A stretch of DNA of 64,000 nucleotides, from assembly GCF_006345805.1 (NCBI RefSeq), contig NC_043009.1, positions 21,886,001 through 21,950,000 on the forward strand, read 5' to 3'. This DNA is from Octopus sinensis (taxonomy: Eukaryota). Shown here in pieces: positions 1-13,255 of this stretch (within the stretch, counting starts at the first letter, position 1; every line of letters begins with the position of its first letter). The translations under genes and the position numbers were made by a program. The notes under the pieces were generated by a model. That model ran no database searches, had not been told where the DNA came from, and was given only the letters and a program-made list of their open reading frames with translations.

Positions 1-115
1 ATTACCATCCACCAAAGTTATTGTAGAAGTCATTCGCCCAAGGTGCAACACAGTGGGATGGAGGGAGGGAGGAAGGTGCTATTGTTGCTTATAACAAACA
101 GAAACAAATACTAAC

Positions 116-238
116 TTGCCAATAAATAAAAGCCCAAGGGCCCTGTAGATGTGAGAGCACAGACAAGATCTCCTCATCGGTGTGACAGTGTGACAGGGCT
201 GTTAGCAATGCTTCAGTGTCATTGTCATCTTCTTGTAA
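116..238 (-). CDS. ASNSD1: ASNSD1 coding exon 3 (LQEDDNDTEALL...LQGPWAFIYWQ); gene continues off the left edge
   Basis: 123 nt, phase 0-0; ccttttcag| acceptor and CAA|gttagt donor; NDT and QGPWAFIY motifs typical of ASNSD1. Confidence 0.95.
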
Positions 239-454
239 CTGAAAAGGAAAAAAACGATGACATAACAGCAATTATCACAGCAGTTATTTCTCTCTCCATC
301 TTTCTCCCACCCCTTCCTTTATTTTGTCTTACAGTTTCTCTTTCATATATTTAGAGTAGGTGGCTGAACTAACAGTCAAGTCAGTTCATTACTTCAGTAC
401 ATGATTGCCCTTAGAGATGGTGTGAGCACTGACTGAGCTATAAGGTGGGGGAGG

Positions 455-660
455 GGGGCTGGCAGAATCGTTAGCACATTGGACAGAATGCTTAGCAGCA
501 TTTCATCCATCTTTACATTTTGGGTTCAAATTCAGCCAAGTTGCCTTTCATCCTTTCAGAGTTGATAAAATAAGTACCTGTTGAGCCTTAGAACTGATGA
601 AATCAGCTACCCTCCCACTCTTCCAAAATTTCAGGCTTTATGTCTATAGTAGATATTATT
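455..660 (+). mobile_element. tRNA-derived SINE family A (ctggcagaatcgttagcac...gagttcaaatt...ttgcctttcatcc), representative copy
   Basis: A/B-box-like head. Further copies near 5567, 7730, 8187, 10610(-), 12345(-), 12575(-), 33527, 33764, 41830, 46515(-), 55790(-). Confidence 0.8.
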
Positions 661-1328
661 ATTAGTTTCAGCTATATCAAATTAGTTCTCTTGGCTAACT
701 ACAGGTCCCTTTTATATTCCTTAAGAAAATCAACCTTTGGTACAACACTGGTACACATTTTCTGGTGCTTGAAAAATTAATGGCAAAGATTACTCAGACG
801 AGGAGAATTTAGCTGCTCTTTCTTGTAGACTGATTGAATGACCACATAGAGGCTCCTGTGTTAGTGTAACAAACCAATGAACCAAAAGTGAGTGGTATCA
901 TGAAAGAGAAACAATGAAATAGTAAGGTAAGGTATGGCATAGTACATAGTATTACGTGCTACATAACACAGTGGGGTTCATAGTAGAATTATTTCTTTCT
1001 GGACTCTCCTCTCATAAAAGACAGATAAGGGTTCTGCAATTTCTTGCTGAACAGCCTAAACAAATCATTTGCTTATAGTGATGAAATTTTTGAGCTGTAC
1101 ATTAGTTCATTCTCTCCATTGAATTGACATTACCTGTACAGACACCTGGTATGCATCAAAGTGACTGTAGAGCAATGCGAAGTGAAGCGTTTTGCTCAAG
1201 AACACAATGCACCACCTGGTCCAGGAATTGAAACCACAATCTTGTGATTATTAGTGCAACACCCTAACCACAAAGCTGCACACCTTCAATTCATGCCAAA
1301 CATAGTATAATGGAATATAACAACTCAC

Positions 1329-1529
1329 CTCTGGTAAACCATCAAATATCTCTCCATTCCATAACAGTATGTTACCATTTTGGTCGGTCAGTGGTTGCAT
1401 GGTTAGCTGACCCCTTAGATGAAGAACAAAGCCATACAGGGTTGCACTGATTTCCTCAGACACACTGAACGATGTCCAGTTGGAAGCATCTGGACCACGG
1501 TGACTAATGTGTGATTCCAAAACCAAATT
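1329..1529 (-). CDS. ASNSD1: ASNSD1 coding exon 2 (NLVLESHISHRGPDA...VLHLRGQLTMQPLTDQNGNILLWNGEIFDGLPE)
   Basis: 201 nt, phase 0-0; ttttggtag| acceptor and GAG|gtgagt donor; RGPD, VLHLRG and LWNGEIF match the ASNSD1 glutamine-amidotransferase-like domain. Confidence 0.95.
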
Positions 1530-3793
1530 CTACCAAAAGAATTAAAAATATATATAATAGTGTGTGTGTGTCTATATATATATAAAATCATCATCATCAT
1601 CATCATTTAATGTCCAATTTCCATGCTGGCATGGGTTAAATAGTTTGACCAGAGCTGGTAAGCTGGCGAGTTGCACCAGGCTCCAGTCATCTATTTTGGA
1701 ATGGTTTTTATGACTGGATGCCCTTCCCAACTCTAACCACTCTACAAAGTGCACTGGGTGTCTTCTACATGGGTGCCTTTTACATGTCGCTGGCATGGGT
1801 GTCTTTCATGTGTCACCAGCACTGGCCACAGCCACGATTTTACATCTTCATTTGATTCAAAAACTAAATATTGCCAGAAGAAACATAAATATATAAAATT
1901 ATGTATAAGTACAACCAATATGTCGTGGATGACATTAGGACAAGGTATGTATGTTTGCATGTACATACATAGTCATACATACATATGGACATTTTCAATC
2001 TACCAACTTCATTCACATGGTATTGGTCACATACGTACGTATGTGTGTGTATATGCAAGTGTGTGCACATGCTCATTAAGTTCTATCTTTACATTGAAAC
2101 TACTTGGGAGTCAGTGATGTTATGTTTAGGTCCCTCATAAACAACACATCCTGTAGGTTGGTAGTTTTAGTGGTTTCAATGTGATACACAAGTGAAATAA
2201 AAATACTTTATTTGCAATATAGGATAGAGTTAGTGACAAGGGCATCCAGCCATAGAATACTACCTCAGCACTTCCCAAACTTCTTAGTCATGGCTTGGTG
2301 AATGATAAAGAGGAGGTGGCATAACACCAATCCCTGGTGGATCCCTAACAGTATACATTGCTGACTCACTGCTCAATGACTATCTCAAGCTATAACGCTA
2401 GGAACATTAATAAAACAATAACAAATTTTTATTGATGAAAGGGCTCAATACTCAAGATAGAGTCAAATTTATCCCCAAATAAATGATTGATTGTGAATTC
2501 AAATTTTGCCTGTTTCAAGACTTGTTCGCATAAAATTTTTCACATTTCTTATTTGTACCTGTATGGTTAAGGAATTTATTTTAGAACTATGTGGTTATGC
2601 TTATTGTCCGATCCCCATATACTGCATTAATATTCCTCACACTTTCTGTTGCGTTGTTGCCTCTATTGAACTCATAAAGCAAAATATGCCGAATATGCTC
2701 CTTTGTCACTTCCATTATATAAAATCGAAATCGATCAACAACAATGGAAATTGTAGCTGTGATACCAGTGCCAGTGACACGAAAGAGAACCATCCGAACG
2801 TGGCTGTTGCCAGCGCCGCTCCGACTGGCCTCCGTGCCAGTGGCATGTAAAAAGCACCATCCGATCGTGGCCGTTTGCCAGCCTCGTCTGGCACCTGTGC
2901 CGGCGGCACGTAAAAAGCACCCACTACACTCACGTAGTGGTTGGCGTTAGGAAGGGCATCCAGCTGTAGAAACACTGCCAGATCAGACTGTGCCTGGTGC
3001 AGCCTTCTGGCTTCCCAGATCCCAGTTGAACCGTCCAAACTGCACTTTTCAAAGCTTGTACTAAGAATAAGTACAACATAAAATTACTACCTGCTTTTAT
3101 AGCAAGTTGATGCAAGTAGTTTATCCTGTATGCCGCCGACCTTTAGTTCATGCAATTGAGAAAAAAAACGCATTATTTATGGAATGACCCAATATATATT
3201 ATGGAAAACAGGTAACAGCTGGTGACAGGAAGATGTCCCCATTATAAAAATTCGACCTCAGTTACTTCCCTTCTAAGTCATGCTAACACGGAAAAACAGG
3301 TATTAAATTAAACAAACAATATATACACATATATATTGGTTTCAAATTTTGGCATAAGGCCAGCAATTTCATAGAGACATTTGCTTACAGTTCACCACAA
3401 AAGCATGTCCAGGCTTCTTGACATGTTGTGCGATCTTTATAAACAAAAGACTCACCATTTGTGCAAACAACATCATTTGCTTCAATTTCTCAGCATAAGC
3501 GTGTCTGGGTTGTACATTGTTCAACAGACTGGAGTATTATCACCTTGCTTATAAACAGGTAAAAGTTGGTACCAGGAAGAGCATATGGCCGTAGGAAACT
3601 CTGCCCAACGTAATCTTATATGACCCACGCAAGCATGGGGAAGCAGATAACGTAATGATAAAAATAGTGCTCTTAAGAGGAGCTATATGACGAAACAAAA
3701 AGGAATTAAATAATACGATAGTTGTCTTACATTTTCCTTGCGAGAAATAATGAATGATAATATATATTCTTTTTATCAACAATATACATTTAC

Positions 3794-3850
3794 CTTATCG
3801 TGTTGTTCAATTTTTTCCTTAGGTCCAAGAATGCAACAGATTCCACACAT
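3794..3850 (-). CDS. ASNSD1: Asparagine synthetase domain-containing protein 1, first coding exon (MCGICCILGPKEKIEQHDK)
   Basis: ATG at 3850; Ntn-type MCGI start; donor AAG|gtaaat at 3794/3793 (phase 0); acceptor tttttag|caat at 3889/3888 gives a 38-nt UTR portion; joins the next exon in frame. Confidence 0.9.
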
Positions 3851-4678
3851 GGTACTCTGGTTCACTGCATTACAACAAATGGAAATTGCTAAAAATAAAA
3901 TATTTTCTTAACATTGGCATAAAACTTCAAACTTATACAATGAAAAGAATAAAACTAAATTGAGTTTTCATGCATTTCCGAAAGACTTTATATTAAGTCA
4001 AATTGACTTCGGCTGGGTCACAGATCAGACTTGCCAAGACTATCATCAGCACCTTCGTTTTGTTGGTTATCGTTTAGCCCTGGGTCAAATCCGATCGAGT
4101 AAACCTATGATCAAAGGTGTTTCTGCAAAGACCAATGGTCTGCTCGTTCTCAGTCCTGGTATGGATGGAACAAGTAACAAACCAGAGAGATCTAGTTCTT
4201 TACTTGATTAGCCTCTGGTCAACTTCATCAAAGAGACCAATGACCAACAGTGTTTCAGCTACAACCATCCCACCCTTTCCCCCGCCCCCGGGATAAGTGT
4301 ATACAAGGTGTCCTTCATTTAATTAAAATTGCATGGTGTGATTTAATAGTTGTTTACTGTTTCTAGCAGGACGAATAACTATGTACAGGCTCTTTTGTTA
4401 GATTTATCTGCCATACAGTATATCACCAATCTCCATCATTCTGTCTATGAATCCCCAATTCCTGAGCTCTAACATCTTGTTTATATTCCTGTAGCTGCAT
4501 ATATATAAATATGTATATATTGATAAAAATGGTAAGACAACAAAAGAAAGAGACCTCGATATTATATAAATACGGGAATTTATCTGTAAATGTAATAAGT
4601 AACAATTATTCGGTAGCCATGATAAAATTCCGAGTTTTATCAGGGCTACCGAATATTTGTCACATATTACATTTACAG

Positions 4679-4716
<38 letters not shown>

Positions 4717-5200
4717 ACACGTACAAATTAGAAGAACCGTATAATTAGAAATTAAGCCTTCTTAGTCGTTTCGGTTTTTAATTTTACTTCTGATGAATTT
4801 CGACATGTTATTAAAAGAGGAAATAACCCAGAGTCCGTCACACACCAGACCACTGTGACTCCTTGCTGGAAGGACACTGAGCGGAATTCTGGTTTAAGCA
4901 CCCTATATAACAATTCACAATGGTACAAACACTCGTATGTAAGGAACAAATTCGCAAAAATTTTCTAAAAATTTCAAAAAGTAAAAAAGTTATCAAGTTA
5001 TATGGGGTGCTTAATCCGGAATTCTGCGGGGCAACGAGGGTAACGCAAAAATGAAAGTTAAGTAAGGCTTACAAAGTTCGATCACATATGGATTTGCGTT
5101 TGTTGAAATTCGTAAATCTATTTAAGAATAATTGATAAAAAATTCAAATGGTGTTTATCAACAATAATCTTTATACGTGTAAAATACAGTCGGAATACTT

Positions 5201-5239
<39 letters not shown>

Positions 5240-5796
5240 TCCACATGTACGGCCGGTGTAAATGTTTTTGTAGACGGTGTTCTATGTGATTAAGTTCCTA
5301 ATCAAATAAATAACATTTGATATTTCGTATTTGAATAAGTAATCTCATATACAGACAAAGCTCAATTGAAATCGTTTCGAGTTAAGCGGGGTATTTTTTT
5401 TTAAAGAAATTAACGAAAACAAATTAAACTTCGGTTTCAGTCGATTTATCCCCTTTATCTCAATATAATATAAGCATTTAATTTTTTTTTTAAATACAAT
5501 AATTCCTCGTTTTACAATTTTTTGTTTTACGAGACCCCGGGTTTACAAGTTTTATTTTTCAAGCACAAGCTGGCAGAAACATTAGCACACCAGGCAAAAT
5601 ACTTATCAGTATTTCGTCTGCCTTTACATTCTGAGTTCAAATTCCACTGAGGTTAACTTTGGCTTTCTTCCTTCCAGGGTTGATAAATTAAGTACCAGTT
5701 GCATACTGGGTTGATCTAATCTACAGAGGCCCCTCTCCCAAAATTTTAGGCCTTGTACCTAGAGTATAAAAGAAAAGAATAGTATTTTGGGTGCAA

Positions 5797-5937
5797 TTGT
5801 TCAATTGTATGATTTCAAACACAAATTTTCGTGAGTTTATTTCATTAGGTCCAAGAATGCAACAGATTCCACACATTGTACCAAGCTCTTGTAGGCAGAA
5901 ATTCAAAGATCCCAGAGAAGATAGTCAAATGGAATTG
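5797..5937 (-). pseudogene. Diverged duplicate of the ASNSD1 start exon (MCGICCILGP...)
   Basis: 32 nt identical to 3819-3850 at 5845-5876, plus colinear shared blocks ttgttcaatt and caaatggaa(a)ttg; no good phase-0 donor. Confidence 0.6.
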
Positions 5938-6708
5938 TTTAGTTGAAGACTTGACCTCAGGTAAAAAAAAAAAAAAAAAGAATCACTTTGTCTCAAATGA
6001 ACACAACAGTCTCACTTCTCTAAGCACATACATAAGACACTCTTAATTCTCCTCTCTCACTCCATGCAAAGATGTAACAATCTAATTTGTAGCCAACATA
6101 CATAACTTATGGCTTACTCTTGGTAACAAATTTTTGTATCATCATCATCATCATCATTTAGCATCTGCTTTCCATGCTGGCATGGGCTAAACAGTTTTAT
6201 TGAAACTGGTAAGCTGTCAGTCTACACCTGGTTCCAATCTAATTTGGTTTCTACAGCTGGATGCCCTTTCTAACACCAACCATTCCAAGAGTGTAACTGG
6301 AGCACTTATCATGCCACTGGCACAGGTGCCAGTTATGTGACACCAGCATCAGCCATGACTACAATTTCACTTAGCTTGACGGGTCTTCTCGAGCACGGCA
6401 TATCACCAAAGGTCTCGGTCCCTTATCATTGCCTCCATGAAGCCCAATGTTCGAAGGGTGTTTTTCACATGTCACCAGCACATTCATTGAAAACATCAAA
6501 TGGAATCAATTTAGCATGGGTAGCAACATGCAACCTAAACCAGCCACCCCAAACATCCATCTAACCAGTTCTAAACTTCTATTCTTTTTGTTATATGTTT
6601 TGAATTTTGCCCAATATTTTCATGTTGAATTTTCAATTACTTTTTAGTTTGGTTTACTCCTTTCTTAATAGCAAAAATTGGATCATTGATTCCTTTTGAC
6701 ATTGCTTA

Positions 6709-7221
6709 CCGTAAATCCTCGAGTATAGTCCGACCTTGAGTATAATACACAGGGGATTTGTAGGGGGCTGTACCTCTGAAAAAGCTAAACCTTGTGTATA
6801 ATGCACACCCCTTCTCTAACTTGAGTCAAGGAGGTCTATATAACGTCCTTGGTTTGTAAAACTGTATACAGTAATGTCCTTTATTATTATTGTATATATA
6901 ACATAATACAAACGTGTTGCTTTTTTGTGCATTTTGTTTGCAGAAAATATAGAAATAACAGTAATAACGTTTAATAAATGTTGCTTATTGCAAGTTATGG
7001 ATGATTCTTTTATGATTTCATTGCTTTCAGGCTTAGCTTGAGGTATTTTCGAGCCCGACATCACAAAATGTGCCTGAATAAACATTGCCGGACAGCAAAT
7101 AGAGACTCGGACATTGCTTAGAAAACAATTTTCATTTTTAACCTCGTATATAGTATGCACTAGGGATTTTGACTTTTAAATTTTTGGGGAAAAAATGCGA
7201 ATTATACTTGAGGATTTACAG
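6709..7221. mobile_element. Non-autonomous pogo/Tc2-like DNA transposon (MITE)
   Basis: TIRs ccgtaaatcctcgagtatagt / attatacttgaggatttacag (18 of 21 match), each flanked by TA; no ORF. Confidence 0.7.
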
Positions 7222-8149
7222 TACTCTTAATTATCACCACTACCACTACCATCACCACCATCACCATCATTATCACAGCTATTTGACCAGGTGGAAATAG
7301 GATCCAAATTTCTCTTAAGTCATACCATGCTGTCTTTAGAAAAAGACAAATATTTAGTAAATGTGACCCTAGATCTACACAAAGGGACAGGGTTGCAACA
7401 TCATGCCTGGAATTCTGTTTACTAAGGGTCTGTTCAAACAGAGATGATATGGAGTTAAACATGACCATCACCATCACCACCTTTTGTTCAATGTTAATTT
7501 AAGCCACATAAGCCAGAGTTAGAAATGGATTTCAATGTAGCATCTATTGCATGTTGTGCTATCTAAACAAACTCTAATTTCCTGAACACCTCATCTAAAG
7601 GTTTCTCTGGTCCCCTCAGAAAACCTTCCACAATACCTTTACATCCAGTTTACATTTCACCTTATAAATGTTACAAATTGTCAGTGCATCAAATAGTATA
7701 CCTCATGGTGTTTTTTTCTGGTTCTCTGTAAGCTGGCAGAATCATTAGCAAGTCAGGCAAAAAGCTTGAACAGCATTTCTTCTGACTCTTTATGTTCTGA
7801 GTTCAAATCTTGCTGAGGTCATCTTTGATCTTTATCCTTTTGGGGTTGATAAAACTAGCACTAGTTAATCACTGGGATTGATGTTATCAACTAACCCCTT
7901 CTTTTCAGAATTGGCCTTTTGCTAAAGATTGAAACCATCATTATTATTATTATTATTATTTCATGGAAACTCTCAGCTTATTCTGCTGGGTATGATGGAA
8001 AATTTCAGCCAGCAGACTAAGGTGACACTTGTTTACTGATCATGTTTCAAAACCCCTGTGGAGAATTCAGATACTTTCAAGCATGCCAATCACTATTGTT
8101 ATCATGTCCACTCCCTTCATCACCCACAACCTGTGTATTTCTCACTTCA

Positions 8150-8182
<33 letters not shown>

Positions 8183-8391
8183 AAGCAGTGAGCTGGCAGA
8201 ATCATTAGCACGTTGGGCAAAATGCTAGGAGGCATTTGTCTGTCTTTACATTATAAGTTCAAATGCTACTGAGGTCGACTTTGCCTTTGATCCTTTCAGG
8301 TTTGATAAAATAAGTACTGGGGTCAATGAAATCAATTTATCCCTCCTCCTAAGTTGCTGGCATAGTGCCAAATTTTGAAACCATTATTATT

Positions 8392-8632
8392 TACATTTTG
8401 ACGGATTTTGACCTCATCTTGTTTGTTGTTAACACGTTTCGGCTGATATACCCTTCAGCCTTCTTCAGGTGTCTTGGGGAAATTTCATACCTAGGTTCTC
8501 ATAACTAAGGTATTTTTCGATGTTGTTGTTCTTGTTATTATTATTATTATTATTATTCAGGTCACTGCCTGGAATTGAACTCGGAATCTTGGGGTTAGTA
8601 GCCCGCACTCTCAACCACTACGCCATATGCCC
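8392..8632 (-). mobile_element. tRNA-headed SINE with a Penelope-type hammerhead-like motif in its 3' part
   Basis: A box TGGCGTAGTGG (8625-8615), B box GTTCAATTCC (8580-8571), (TAA)n linker, then GACAC-CTGAAGA-A-GGCTGA/TCAGCC-GAAAC-GTGTT (8473-8431). Confidence 0.65.
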
Positions 8633-8759
8633 ATCAAAATGTGAATAATGTACATAATTCCTCATCTCTTAAATATAGAACTGCATTATTATTATAATAT
8701 TAAGAGGCAAACTGGCAGAATTGTCAGCACAAGTTTTTCTTACGTACATTGGCTTAGAG

Positions 8760-9480
8760 CAGTTCAAGCTAAACCTCAACCACATCAACATGACCATTGT
8801 AGGAAGGACTGGAAATGTCATGGATACAATATCCTTCTTTCTGACTCATACACAATATCTTGTTCATCCTTTGTTTCCAAAGATGATCAAGACTCCACCT
8901 CTTATTCACCAGCAACAACAGAAGACGCAGTCAATCAGAGATACGTAACTGCTTCCACTTACACTTCACCTTACACAAGATGCAACTTATGGAAGGAGCA
9001 GTACTTCATTGCGAGTCACATGTGATACCCTGATTGATACAATAAAAGGTCTGTTGGTGGATTCCTGACTTGTTTTGAACTTGGATTAGTGAAGGAGGCC
9101 TGATTATTCTAATGAGGAACATTTATACCAGAGAATCCAGGAAACCGACACTGTGAGTCCGTATGGCTCAGGATGGATCTTTATCTTGTACTGGACAATC
9201 AACCTCACACTCTCATCTGTGATTTCTTGGTTTAGTGGTAAAGTGAGTTAAGTCCATCAAAGATGACCAGGATAACCTACATATAATTCTCAATGTGCTC
9301 TGAGGTAGGTGGCCCACAGAAATGCTGATGTTCCAAGAGTGATGCACACAAAGTTTCCATTAACTGTGACAGTTTTTAGGACTGTTGAGTAATAAAGTTC
9401 ATGTCAGGCCACCTCACATCTTTCCACAGGGTCTTAGAATTAAACACTGCTGGATAGACTGGAGTGTTGGAAACAGTTAT
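8760..9480 (+). mobile_element. Decayed Tc1/mariner (IS630-like) transposase remnant
   Basis: Frameshifted peptides DVPRVMHTKFPLTVTVF and HVRPPHIFPQGLRI..VLETV resemble the Tc1-type DDE core; many stops; left boundary uncertain. Confidence 0.55.
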
Positions 9481-10440
9481 TAACCCTTTAGCATTCAGAT
9501 TACTCTCTCATATGTAATGCTTATTTATTCACATTGTTTTTAATTAATCATATATTATCTTGTGGTGTTGAGATTTCAATGATGTGATTATTTATTTTTC
9601 GAATGATATTGTAAGGTATGTGTGAGAGGCCAGATCGGGTTAGTTTGAACATAAAATTGGTAGAATATTTGGGCCAGATATGTCCATGCTTAAAGGGTTA
9701 ATAAAATATGCAGTGGAAGGCCATTTGTGTTTCAACAAAACTCAGCATCTTCTCACAAAGCCCACATAACCCAAGGATGGAGGTCAGACAATCTATGGTC
9801 AAACTTGTAACTTCCAAACTAGGACATTTAGAGCATTGTTGAAGGGGAGACATTGTCCTGCTGAAATATTGCTTCAGTTAATTTTCAAAATAATCTTTTA
9901 CTTGTTTCAGTCATTGGATTGCGACCATACTGGGGCATCACCTAGAAGGGTTTAGTTGAACAAACCAACCCCAGCATTTATTTTCTTTCTAAACCTGGTA
10001 TTTATTTTATTGGAAATATGTTACCATATTTCTCTTGAAATACACTGCCATTGTTTCAACTATTTAATAAAATAACTTTGTTGTTAAAAAAAAAATGATG
10101 TTTGGAATGTAAATTAACATAAAATTTTGAAGGAAGGTTGTGATTAAATCACAACCTTCCTTCAAAATAGGAAGTTTGTATCAGAGAATCAGAAGCCAGA
10201 TGGAATCACAGGCAGGTTAGGTTAAGAAGCTTCTGATAGAGAAATAAACAAAGAAAAACAACAAAACAAAAATAACAACATTTCAGGTATAAAACACAAA
10301 TTATATAATTTATCTTTATTTGTTATAAACATTGATTTTCAAAAAGGAAAACCAACGAATAGAACTCATTTCTCCAAGAACTTAACACTAATCCTTTGAA
10401 AAAAAAAAAAAAAATTAGAACTATCTTAATCCTTTCAGCA

Positions 10441-10537
10441 TCATTCTAAATCTTCAGCCAATTTCTTTGCTTGAATTCTTTCGGCACGCATCTTTAACCG
10501 TTTTTCTCGTTCGTATTCTTTCATTCGAAGTACAAAG
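10441..10537 (-). CDS. NDUFB7: NADH dehydrogenase (ubiquinone) 1 beta subcomplex subunit 7, exon 3
   Basis: tttcag| acceptor, phase 2; (D)FVLRMKEYEREKRLKMRAERIQAKKLAEDLE*; AATAAA about 120 nt downstream. Confidence 0.95.
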
Positions 10538-11439
10538 CTGAAAATATAAACAGAAATGAAATATAAAAAAAACAAAAAACAATCACATATCAATGGACAA
10601 ATATTGATTTCAAATTTTGGTACAAGGCCAGAAATTTCGGGGAGTGGATAAAATTCTTGAAAACCCCCACCCATCCACATTCTTAGTTCCTTTGTCCCCA
10701 CTCACATCTACTCACCTGGTACTTATTTCATTGACCCCACAAAAGGATGAAAAATAAACTCGACCTCAGTGGAATTTGAACCCAGAATGTAAAGACAGAC
10801 AAAATGTTGTTAAGCCCTTTGCCCGGATTGCTAACAATTCTACCATCTCACTGCCTTCAGTGAAGGAATATTGATTGATTTATCATTAGCTTAATATCAT
10901 CATCATCATTCAACATCCATGTTCCATGGATGGTTTTGACAGGACCCACTGGGTCCAGGGAGTGCATCATGGTCCAGTGTCTGCTTTGGTATGGTTTCTA
11001 TGGCCAGAGACATAAAATGCAATACAAGGAGACACAAAAATGCACACACACATATATGTATATAGGATGGGTTTCATTCAGTTTCTGTCTACTAAATCTA
11101 CGCACAAGGTTTAGTTTGGCCTGAGGCTATAGTAGAAGACACTTGTCCAAAATGCCCTGCAGTGGGACTGAACCTGGAACCATGTGGTTGGTAAGCATGC
11201 TACTTACCACACAGCCACTCCTGTGCCTGTATAGGCTTTTCTCATTGTTGATGCCATTCCCTATATAGGCATAAATGTAATTTTTTTCCCAAATAAACTG
11301 CACTTCACATTCAAGTTTCCAGTGACGCTATAAGGTGTTATTGAGGCACTTGACTATGAGTCCACTGCACCTCATAGCAGAAACAACTGTAAGCTAATGA
11401 AGTTGAGAAGATAATCATTTATTCCTTTCTCATCTCTCT

Positions 11440-12030
11440 TTCAACCACGAAATGCCTATGTCAGTGAAAGTGAGAGACGGTAAGTCGCTGAAGATAGTTG
11501 GAAATTTCAAATACCTTAGTGCATGGACGCAAAGTACTGAAAAGGACATCATAGCAAGGAAAGCTCTTGCCTGGAGTGTATGCCATAAACTGAGAAAGGT
11601 ATGAAGTTCAAAGTTAGCAAGGAAATTGAAAGTGAGGTTGTTTCTGACAACAGTAGAGTCTGTTCTTCTATACGGGGCTGAAACATGGACGCTCACTAAA
11701 GCATTGAAGAAGCTGTTGGATGGTTGTTATACGAGGATGCTAAGAATGGCACTCAATGTCTCCTGGAAGAGTCATGCAACAAACGCCGACTTATACCAGG
11801 GACTACCAAAAGTAACATTGAAGATACAGCATAGAAGGATGAGTTTAGCTGGATCAGATACACCAATGAAATTACTAAACTTCCATTGGTTGCTCTGGCA
11901 ACCAATCGAAGGAAGAACAGAAGAAGAGGAAGACAACCTATATCAACAACTTGTTGGCAGAAGGGGTATAGGAGTTGAGGACGATTATGGAAGATTGAGA
12001 TGAATGGGGAAAACGTGCGGAAACAGTCTT
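11440..12030 (+). mobile_element. RTE-clade LINE 3' fragment (RT C-terminus) in NDUFB7 intron 2
   Basis: FKYLS...KVRLFLTTVESVLLYGAETWTLTK...RMLRMALNVSW; stops and frameshifts. Confidence 0.8.
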
Positions 12031-12089
12031 GTGGGATGACCTAGACAGACAGATCTCTCTTTCTTAAATAGAAAATACTCAATACTTAC

Positions 12090-12258
12090 TCATCGTATTC
12101 ACACTGTTCGTAATCATGTTTTTCATGATGACATCTCTGGCATAATGGGTAATTTTGTTGACGACATTTCAGCCATTTTACATATAGATGAGCACAATAG
12201 TCACGTTTCTCTAGTGGGATGCTCAGCTCATTTAACTCCTCTTGTGTTGCAATCATTA
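12090..12258 (-). CDS. NDUFB7: NDUFB7 exon 2
   Basis: ttccttctag| acceptor (phase 1) and GA|gtaagt donor (phase 2); MIATQEE...RDYCAHLYVKWLKC...CHHEKHDYEQCEY twin CX9C motif. Confidence 0.96.
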
Positions 12259-12929
12259 CTAGAAGGAAAAAAACACAGAATAAACAAAAACATCCAAAAT
12301 ATAATGTCATGACAAAGCAGATAAGTAATAGCATGTAAATATTAATTTCAAATTTTGGCACAAGGCCAGCAATTCTGGGGAGGGGTAAGTCAATTATATC
12401 GATCCCAGGGCTTAACTGCTACTTATTTTATTGACCCTGAAAGAATGAAAGGCAAAGTGGACCTTGGCAGGATTTGAACTTACAAAATAAAGATGAATGA
12501 GATGCTGCTAAGTATTCTATTTGGCATGGTAATAATTCTGCCAGCTCACTGCTATAATAATAATAATCCTTTCTACTAAAGCACAAAGCTTGAAGTAAGG
12601 GGGAAGGGGACTAGTCAATTACATCGGCTCCAGGGTTTCAATGGTACTTATTTTTACCAACCCCAAAAGGATGAAAGACAAAGTCAACCTCAGCAGAATT
12701 TGAACTCAGAACATAACGACAGGTGACATGCCTGATGTGCTAATGGTTCTGCCAGATCACCACCACAATAATAATAATAATGATGATGATAATGGTTTCC
12801 AATTTTGACAGAAGGTCAGCAATTTGGTGGGGGCGGAGCAGAAGTCGATTACATCAATCCCCATGTGCTTCAGTGGTTCTTATTTTATCAATCCCAAAAT
12901 GACAGAAGGCAAAGTCTCTATCATGTGAA

Positions 12930-13255
12930 CTCGACAGAAGTGGACATACTTGTGGACAGAAGTATGGTAGATAAGATAATTAAAAACATGGAAACCGGAA
13001 AGGCCCTGGTCCATCCGGAATCATGGCTGAGGTGCTCAAAATATCTGGTATGGTAAGATATGGGCTGGTCACCCACATAGTTAATCAGGTCATTCAGGCA
13101 GGTGTAATACCCAGTAACTGGCATAGCAGCATAATTGTTAGCTGCTACAAGGGTAAGGGTGATGCTTAGACAGAAGCAGTTATAGAGGACTCAAACTCCT
13201 GGATCAGGTGATGAAAATCATGGAGAGAGTTACAGCCCAATTAATTAGGAGCAGA
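12930..13255 (+). mobile_element. RTE LINE internal fragment
   Basis: Homologous to the RTE at 40080-40310 (GKAPGPSGI...SIIVSCYKGKGDA); degenerate. Confidence 0.7.

Noticed and set aside
4780-4812. CTGATGA near the ASNSD1 upstream region as a hammerhead core
   Set aside because: No downstream GAAAC and no pairable stems in the required order. The same applies to the CTGATGA near 4044 and 45240.
3889-5560. ASDURF-like upstream ORF, known from vertebrate ASNSD1
   Set aside because: Only a 14-codon MSKFIRSKIKNRND and an unsupported LQEYKQDVRAQ... segment were found, with no recognisable prefoldin-like sequence. Not excluded without transcript data.
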